A program made the position numbers and the translations under genes. Positions 35,261 through 40,747 of a stretch of DNA of 40,747 bases are shown here, in pieces. Origin of the DNA: a virus (Duplodnaviria > Caudoviricetes); the IMG/VR virus record IMGVR_UViG_3300048576_000210, positions 1 through 40,747 of that record. The stretch is one strand, 5' to 3'. Every line of letters begins with the position of its first letter. Position 1 is the first letter of the stretch. Below the pieces are notes generated by a model. The model did no database searches. It was not told the DNA's origin and saw only the letters and a program-made list of their open reading frames with translations.

Positions 35261-36946
35261 TTAAGCCTCGGCGGCCTGCTGTATGAACGATTCCAGCCGC
35301 CAGTCGTCTCCGGCCGCCATGGCCGAAACAATCCGGTCCGCCTCGCGAGCCTCGATTGCCTCGCCGAAGGTGGCCCGCAATTCCTTGTTGATCGCCGGGG
35401 TGATTACCACCCCAGCGCCGCGCAAACGCTTGAACAACTCAATGATCGGCAGCATCTTCTCCACCACTTCCCGTTCAACCTCCATCGGCGTTCCTCGCCG
35501 GGGCAGGGGGATCGCCTTGACCGATTCGGCCATGTGGCCCATCACCTGCAAGGTGCCGGCAAAGGGCAGGGCGTTTTTGCTGCGTTCTTCGCCATAGGCC
35601 AGTTGCTCGTTTGCTTTCCTGGCCTTTTGCACCAGGGTATCCGGCTGGGCCTTGAATTCCTGGCCAATGACCGCCGCGTCCGCGATGAACCCGCCGGCCA
35701 TCGTGCCCACAGGCTGGGCCAGATAGGTGATGTCGTTGTAAACCACCGCGATCTCGGGCCAATGATAGGGCCGCAGCACCACCAGTACCTGCTTGCCCGG
35801 GCGGATACCCTCAACATGCTTCACCCGGTAGGTGTTGCCGCGCACGCCGATCGTATTGTCGGCCCCGACCGTTCGATTGAACTCCGGCTCGGCGTACAAT
35901 TCACGCAACAGCTCGTCGCTGGGAAGGTCGCGCAACTGCTCTTGGCGGATGGTCAACCAGCAGGATGTTCTGGTCATTTTGTGCCGCCGGTGGATCTGGG
36001 TGGCGTTCCAGTACACCATCCAGTCAACCGCCCAGGCGTTCATGTCTTCAATCGTTGTCGCCGGTTCGTACCGCAGCCGTGATTCAAACTGCGTCTCGAT
36101 CAACTGCTGAGCATTCTCTGCCGATCCCTGCCGGCGCGGGTTGTGCGGCATGTTCTTGGGGATGTCGATTTCCAGCCGTTCCAGCAGGTTGAGTATGCTT
36201 TTGGCCACGTTGGCAGATCCTGCATCCATCAGCAGGAAGAACGGCACGCCACGCAACGGCAGCTTCTCGTGATGGCCGCCGCGCCAGGCATTGCACAGAA
36301 AATCAAAGGTCATGGCGGCATTCTCGCCCTCAGCCTCGTAGTACCGCACGTATACGTGGTGGCTGAAATGATCGACCAACACCATCCGCCAGATCCGCAG
36401 CTTGATTTTTCCGAAATTAGCCGGCTTCTTCTCCCGGTAGTCGCGTTCATCGATCATCCGGATGCCTTTGCCGCTCTTCAGGTAGTACTGGATGCACACC
36501 GATGCGTCGAAAACGTGCACATGGTTGGGATGCAGGCTGGCCATTTTGATCGATGGCGTCTCGGCGTTGAGGGCAGTGCTGTTCATTTCTCTCTCTCGCA
36601 AAATGGCCTGCAGGCCAGCAACCGATATCTGGCCCGGCTGGATCACGCCGTTGTCGATGGCCATCTGCAAAGCCACGGATAACGGCATGATCGTTCCTTT
36701 CACCTGGCGCGCACTTTCGCTGATCAGTGCCGACACGAACTGCAGCTGGCCTTCTGTCAGCCCGCTTTTCAAAACGCCCTTATCAGCCCGGGCTTGACGA
36801 CCGGACTGGTAGCCGTGCTGGGCCGCAATGCGGTACAGCGTTGCCGGAGCCTTTCCGGATAACTGCTGATACTGAGCAATGATCTTGCTCTTGTCGCCCA
36901 CGCCCGAATGGGCAAGCTGGCTGGCCATTTCCCGCGCCCACTCCAT
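35261..36946 (-). CDS. DDE transposase (integrase-core type)
   Basis: N-terminal HTH; candidate DDE residues in HVFDAS, LMDAGSAN and GSAENAQ; C-terminal Mu-transposase-like beta domain. Confidence 0.9.
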   Translation of the reverse strand: MEWAREMASQLAHSGVGDKSKIIAQYQQLSGKAPATLYRIAAQHGYQSGRQARADKGVLKSGLTEGQLQFVSALISESARQVKGTIMPLSVALQMAIDNGVIQPGQISVAGLQAILREREMNSTALNAETPSIKMASLHPNHVHVFDASVCIQYYLKSGKGIRMIDERDYREKKPANFGKIKLRIWRMVLVDHFSHHVYVRYYEAEGENAAMTFDFLCNAWRGGHHEKLPLRGVPFFLLMDAGSANVAKSILNLLERLEIDIPKNMPHNPRRQGSAENAQQLIETQFESRLRYEPATTIEDMNAWAVDWMVYWNATQIHRRHKMTRTSCWLTIRQEQLRDLPSDELLRELYAEPEFNRTVGADNTIGVRGNTYRVKHVEGIRPGKQVLVVLRPYHWPEIAVVYNDITYLAQPVGTMAGGFIADAAVIGQEFKAQPDTLVQKARKANEQLAYGEERSKNALPFAGTLQVMGHMAESVKAIPLPRRGTPMEVEREVVEKMLPIIELFKRLRGAGVVITPAINKELRATFGEAIEAREADRIVSAMAAGDDWRLESFIQQAAEA

Positions 36947-36949
36947 GGT

Positions 36950-37909
36950 TTATTCCTCGCCGTCTTGTGTACGCATGTTGGGAGGAACCCAGCCGCCGCC
37001 GTCAAGATCCGCGTCGCCGTACAGCTCGGCCGCTGTGTCATAGGATGCGCGGGTCGAGCGCACAAACGATTGCAGGGTCAACATCAACTCCGCCTTCATT
37101 TTCGGCGTCGCATCCTCTGGCAGCGGGTTGTATTGCGGGTCAAACTGGTTGAGGAATCCTTCAATGGTGACACGGGCGTTCTGCACCTTTTGGATAAACA
37201 CCTTTTCCGGGTCGGACAGGCCGTTGGCTTCAGCCTCTTTCTCATACTTGGCCAGATCCTTTTCCTGCCGCCGGATCAGGTCCTGCTTGGAGTCGATGAT
37301 CTTTTGGTTGGCGCGCAAGGTGGCTTCTTTTTCATTGATGACCGCGTCCTTGGCCTCGATCAACCGCTCCAGCGCCGCCTGCAAGTCCTCGCGATTGTCA
37401 GCCGAAAACGGGATGCGCTCGTCGCCGATCTGCACCTCGTTGTCAGACACCAGCAGAGTGCCGTCTCCGGTCAGTTTGCGGAGCTTGCGGAGTTCTCGGT
37501 AGCCAAGAGAAAAACTGGCGACGGTCGCTAAAAACTGCTCGCCAAACTCCTCAAGGTTTTGCAAATCCTCGTCGACCTTTCTTCGAGACAAGCCTATGTA
37601 ATCACAATAATTTTGCCAAGTACCCATCCCAGGCAAATCTCGGTATACCTTCGACTCTTTAATTTGCTTCAATTGCACCAAAGTGGCTACCGTCGCCACC
37701 TTTTCAATGAAAGTGAACGCCTTAATCCGCCCGGCTATTTCGTAGCTCTCAGCTATGCGTTGTTCTTTGTCCTCCTGGTCTACGAGCGCTGACTGCTCAC
37801 GGTTCTGATCAAGAGTCACTATCTCCATCGCCGCCTCAGACACCGGGTCCGTGTTCTTGTTGCGGCGATTCTCAATGGCTTTCTGCAGGTTTTCCGGCAA
37901 CTCTTGCAT
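36950..37909 (-). CDS. Early coiled-coil protein (DUF3102-like)
   Basis: LKQIKESKVYR...TWQNYCDYIGLSRRKVDEDL motif and a long coiled coil; usual position before the transposase. Confidence 0.65.
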   Translation of the reverse strand: MQELPENLQKAIENRRNKNTDPVSEAAMEIVTLDQNREQSALVDQEDKEQRIAESYEIAGRIKAFTFIEKVATVATLVQLKQIKESKVYRDLPGMGTWQNYCDYIGLSRRKVDEDLQNLEEFGEQFLATVASFSLGYRELRKLRKLTGDGTLLVSDNEVQIGDERIPFSADNREDLQAALERLIEAKDAVINEKEATLRANQKIIDSKQDLIRRQEKDLAKYEKEAEANGLSDPEKVFIQKVQNARVTIEGFLNQFDPQYNPLPEDATPKMKAELMLTLQSFVRSTRASYDTAAELYGDADLDGGGWVPPNMRTQDGEE

Positions 37910-37912
37910 CTC

Positions 37913-38206
37913 TCAGTCTCCCAACTGTTGTAAATCGTTCATATCCCTGGCGATCCGGGCGCCCAACTGCGCTTTTTTCCGCGCCCAGAACATCGCCATC
38001 CCCATGTCCAATTCCCAAGCCCCGCCGATGCACCGCACCAACCGCTCCTCTTCCAAGGTCGACAAGTGGCACATCACCGTGCCGTGCGGCATTTCCATGG
38101 CTCGCGCCACTTCCTGCCCACTGACAGCCTCTTTTTGCTCCCCCAAAAACCGCAGGATGTTAATCGACACCCTCACAGCCTCAATGCGCCTATAGCTTGT
38201 TGCCAT
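37913..38206 (-). CDS. Stand-alone IclR-type winged-HTH protein
   Basis: AVRVSINILRFL...SGQEVARAMEMPHGTVMCHLSTLEEERLV. Confidence 0.8.
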   Translation of the reverse strand: MATSYRRIEAVRVSINILRFLGEQKEAVSGQEVARAMEMPHGTVMCHLSTLEEERLVRCIGGAWELDMGMAMFWARKKAQLGARIARDMNDLQQLGD

Positions 38207-38681
38207 TTTTGCCCTCTAATTCGTTGAGGAAAAGCGATCGCTTCCTCTTCTCGGCCTTTATCTTGCGCTCCTGTTCGTCTAATCGCTGGATCTCGGCCCG
38301 CAAAGCGTCCGGTCCTGGAAGGGCAAACAGCCCCGCAGCTTCCGCCATTAATCGCAATGGGCCATGATCTCTCGTGACCATGCAGAACGCCGGCAAATAC
38401 TCGGCTGGGACCCTGTGCATTTCCTTGCTCTCCGCCGTCCAGGCATCAAGCTGAAACTTTGTAACCTCGACGCCTAACAGGTGGCTCATTTTCCCAGCGA
38501 TCTCCCAGCGCGACAATGAACATTGCTTGATCGCCGCCACTACCGCCCGACGGAGCGGTTCACGGATGTTAGCCTCTCCCTCTTCCGGATGTTCGGCGCT
38601 GGCTGTGTTCTGCGCCAAAGTCAACGCTTCAAACAGGCTCAGCTGTTTTCCGTTGTCTATTTTTTTACTTCGCCTAGGCAT
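38190..38681 (-). CDS. Early regulatory protein (CII-like HTH)
   Basis: SRWEIAGKMSHLLG..VTKFQLDAWTAESK..HRVPAEYLPAFC; start at MPRRSKK overlapping the upstream stop. Confidence 0.65.
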   Translation of the reverse strand: MPRRSKKIDNGKQLSLFEALTLAQNTASAEHPEEGEANIREPLRRAVVAAIKQCSLSRWEIAGKMSHLLGVEVTKFQLDAWTAESKEMHRVPAEYLPAFCMVTRDHGPLRLMAEAAGLFALPGPDALRAEIQRLDEQERKIKAEKRKRSLFLNELEGKNGNKL

Positions 38682-38988
38682 TGACCGCCGGTTGCTCCGA
38701 TGGTACGGTTGAACTGCCAAGCATCTTTTGCTTGAGCTCCTTGGTGTATTTGCGGGCAGAGAGATTGATTTCTTTGGCAATCATCCCCCGCAACACCTTG
38801 CCGCTGGTCGGGCCAAAGCATTGTTCAACCTTCAACCCCAGGAATACAGCCACCGCCTCCCTGATAGCAGGAGTTGGTCGTGCTCCTTTGACCGTCTTTT
38901 GCACCGAGTGCATCCCAAACCCGGTCTCTTCGGCCAAGCGCTGCATGGTCATGCCCCGAAGTTTGAGTAATCGCTGTAGGTCATTCAT
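38674..38988 (-). CDS. Ner/Cro-like HTH protein (first early gene)
   Basis: LLKLRGMTMQRLAEETGFGMHSVQKTVKG; divergent from the repressor; GGAG RBS. Confidence 0.8.
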   Translation of the reverse strand: MNDLQRLLKLRGMTMQRLAEETGFGMHSVQKTVKGARPTPAIREAVAVFLGLKVEQCFGPTSGKVLRGMIAKEINLSARKYTKELKQKMLGSSTVPSEQPAVNA

Positions 38989-39121
38989 TGAATTTTGCTC
39001 CAGTTTTATCTTGCGGCATTCGCTCGCTGAGCATTGGCTAATTTTTATACGTTCGTAGACTTGTTGTGTCCAATAAACAAACAAGTGTGATCCGTGTCAA
39101 CAAAAAAACAAACAAATATAG
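38989..39121. promoter_or_regulatory. Divergent lysis/lysogeny control region
   Basis: Minus-strand TTGACA at 39095..39100 with a weak -10 (TTTATT) 17 bp away; AAACAAACAA twice (39075..39084, 39106..39115); ACTTGTT/AACAAGT inverted repeat at 39059..39086. Confidence 0.5.
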
Positions 39122-39663
39122 ACATTGCGTCTAGGCTGCAAGAATTGGTAGATGAGTATGCAGGCGGAAATGCGAAGTTGTTTGCCAAGCAGGCGGGGAT
39201 AGTTTCTGTTACGTTTTACAACTACTTAAAGGGGCGACAACCAAACGCCGAGGCTTTGGCTAACATTTGTATTACCTACAAAGTTAATCTTAATTGGCTA
39301 GTAACAGGGACGGGATCGGAAAAAATTACCTTTGAAGGGGAAGATTCTCAAAAACAGCCGGTTTCACCTCACAGTGAGGCAGTACCTTTCGATTCTCTTG
39401 GCATTGTCGAGGGAATGAGTTTGTTGACTAAAATTTACTCAGCAGCTGATCCAGTATACATTCGTGCTATAAATGCCAATCTCATGGCGTTTTCAGATGC
39501 TGTCGAAAGTAAAACCGTCGCTCGGGAGATGGAAACGCGGGTAAAAGGGATGGAAAAAGATCTTGCCGAAATGAAAAGCTATGTTCTGGAAATGAAAAGG
39601 CAGGAAGAGGAGCGTGACAGATTATCCAAAGAGGCTCCGTCATCTGCTCAAAAGGCAGCGTAA
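39094..39663 (+). CDS. Prophage repressor (XRE/CI-type HTH)
   Basis: FAKQAGIVSVTFYNYLKGRQPNAEALANI...VNLNWLVTGTG; no recognisable S24 peptidase domain. Confidence 0.88.
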   Translation: MSTKKQTNIDIASRLQELVDEYAGGNAKLFAKQAGIVSVTFYNYLKGRQPNAEALANICITYKVNLNWLVTGTGSEKITFEGEDSQKQPVSPHSEAVPFDSLGIVEGMSLLTKIYSAADPVYIRAINANLMAFSDAVESKTVAREMETRVKGMEKDLAEMKSYVLEMKRQEEERDRLSKEAPSSAQKAA

Positions 39664-39687
39664 TTTATGTGAATTTTTAGATCAATT

Positions 39688-40428
39688 ATGCGATATAACT
39701 TTGATATTATGATGAAAACATTAGCTTTTGTTGCGATTATTTTCTCTGTTGCCCTTGGCGCATGCACTTCCGACCCTATTGAAAAATTGATCCCGCAAAG
39801 TCTAACGAAAGGCGGATTGTCAACCTTCACTATCGATGATATTGAAGTCCAAAATGGAAAATCAAGAAATGGTGGAACCTACGTTCAAGGGACCGTAAGC
39901 GTTCCTTTTGACATAAAAAAAGAGATGATTAAGCCAACGCTTTTAGCTGCAATAAAAGAGCTGAAAGGTAGATATAAAAACACTGAGTGGATTGCTGTTT
40001 ATGCCATGGTTTCTAAAAGTTATAGCTCTGTAGGAAGGGCTGAGTATGCTCAAAACAAGATCGAAATCCATTACGACATTTTGAGCGATGAAATGCTGAA
40101 AGAGCGCAATCAGGCCGCGAAAAAAGACGGTTTAGAGGTGATCAGAATGCCGACTAAAGAGGAATTTGACCAGGCTGTGCTTATCGATAAAACCAGGCAA
40201 CAAATTTACAGCAAGATACTGGACGATGAACTCGAGGCTTTTTTGGATCCGAAGAAGAGGAAATCTAAAAAGCCACGGTTGACCCAGTCTGAAAATTTTG
40301 ATGATATAATAATTGAAATGACCGCGAAAGAGCTGGGTATTTCTAAAGATAAAGCGATCAAAACCAGAAACCTTTTGGTATACTATCAGGCATCTTTTGC
40401 TACCGAAACGATAGGCCCATTAAATTGA
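39688..40428 (+). CDS. Lipoprotein downstream of the repressor (start probably 39709/39712)
   Basis: MMKTLAFVAIIFSVALGAC lipobox; AT-rich sequence; last gene before the phage end. Confidence 0.7.
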   Translation: MRYNFDIMMKTLAFVAIIFSVALGACTSDPIEKLIPQSLTKGGLSTFTIDDIEVQNGKSRNGGTYVQGTVSVPFDIKKEMIKPTLLAAIKELKGRYKNTEWIAVYAMVSKSYSSVGRAEYAQNKIEIHYDILSDEMLKERNQAAKKDGLEVIRMPTKEEFDQAVLIDKTRQQIYSKILDDELEAFLDPKKRKSKKPRLTQSENFDDIIIEMTAKELGISKDKAIKTRNLLVYYQASFATETIGPLN

Positions 40429-40555
40429 TTGTTTCTTGTTTATTTTTTGCAAATATTCGTCAACTACTTCCGCCGTCTCCCCCTTCAAACATTTCTTGAC
40501 CGCAACCCACATTTCAACCAAAATCACCCTCTCGTAAACCATCGTCAACCACTCG

Positions 40556-40595
40556 TTTCGCAATTCCTACCATCTTCGTTTATCACCCCCCCCCA
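40556..40595 (-). repeat. Phage end, imperfect terminal inverted repeat / putative transposase-binding sites
   Basis: TTTCGCAATT at 40556..40565 is the reverse complement of 176..185 at the same distance from the end. Confidence 0.8.
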
Positions 40596-40601
40596 CCTCA
40601 G
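40596..40601 (+). repeat. Target-site duplication, right copy (CCTCAG)
   Basis: Identical to 140..145 and directly follows the terminal CA. Confidence 0.92.
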
Positions 40602-40747
40602 GGACATCCGCCGCACGGTTGGGATGATTTTCCAGGACCCGGACGATCAATTGTTCATGCCGACGGTCTTTGAGGACGTCGCCTTTGGTCCGCTGAATCT
40701 TGGCCTGCCGCCCGAAGAGGTGGAGCAGCGCGTGCTCGGGGCCCTTG
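40596..40747 (+). pseudogene. cbiO: 3' continuation of the interrupted cbiO-like ATPase gene; runs off the window end
   Basis: Reads [50 protein letters not shown], the characteristic CbiO/EcfA Q-loop region. Confidence 0.9.

Larger units (their letters stand above)
146..40595 (-). mobile_element. Mu-like transposable prophage (myovirus morphotype), apparently complete
   Basis: Begins TG (146-147) and ends CA (40594-40595), flanked by direct repeat CCTCAG. Encodes DDE transposase, AAA ATPase, GemA, Mor, terminase, portal, capsid, sheath, tube, TMP and Mu-type baseplate genes. Confidence 0.96.

Noticed and set aside
2384-38195. Many long plus-strand ORFs (e.g. 3674..4525, 16710..17840, 19500..20369, 23351..24262, 27312..28088)
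   Set aside because: They are antisense shadows of well-supported minus-strand genes in GC-rich sequence and show no recognisable motifs.
146-40595. Second VR in the tail fibre or the exported-protein cassette
   Set aside because: By eye I found no other segment resembling TR. A short-word BLASTN of TR against the whole genome would be needed to exclude remote targets.
1-40747. CRISPR array, tRNA or rRNA genes
   Set aside because: No regularly spaced repeats or recognisable structural RNA genes were seen by eye.

Overview
The window holds an apparently complete ~40.45-kb transposable (Mu-like, contractile-tailed) prophage at 146..40595. It has TG...CA ends and a 6-bp target duplication (CCTCAG), and it interrupts a host cbiO-type ECF/ABC ATPase gene whose frame is restored on removing the phage. 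From the right end the order is: lipoprotein and repressor (+ strand); then, on the - strand, an early operon (Ner/Cro-like, DDE transposase, ExeA-like ATPase, DUF3164, ASCH-like, GemA, Mor), a three-gene exported-protein cassette, lysis, packaging, a fused protease/scaffold-capsid gene, neck, sheath/tube/TMP, baseplate and a short tail fibre. The main feature is a compact diversity-generating retroelement inside the head-neck region. It comprises an Mtd-like target with a VR (14474..14590), a TR (14301..14417; 19 differences, all at TR adenines), a structured spacer and an RT. No avd gene is recognisable; a 99-aa gene overlaps the RT 3' end instead. A second notable unit is a cassette encoding a papain-like protease, a lipoprotein with tail-fibre motifs and a secreted lectin/lyase-like protein. 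It is bracketed by two register-conserved copies of a ~150-bp promoter/leader element. Family assignments come from motif recognition and synteny, not from database searches.
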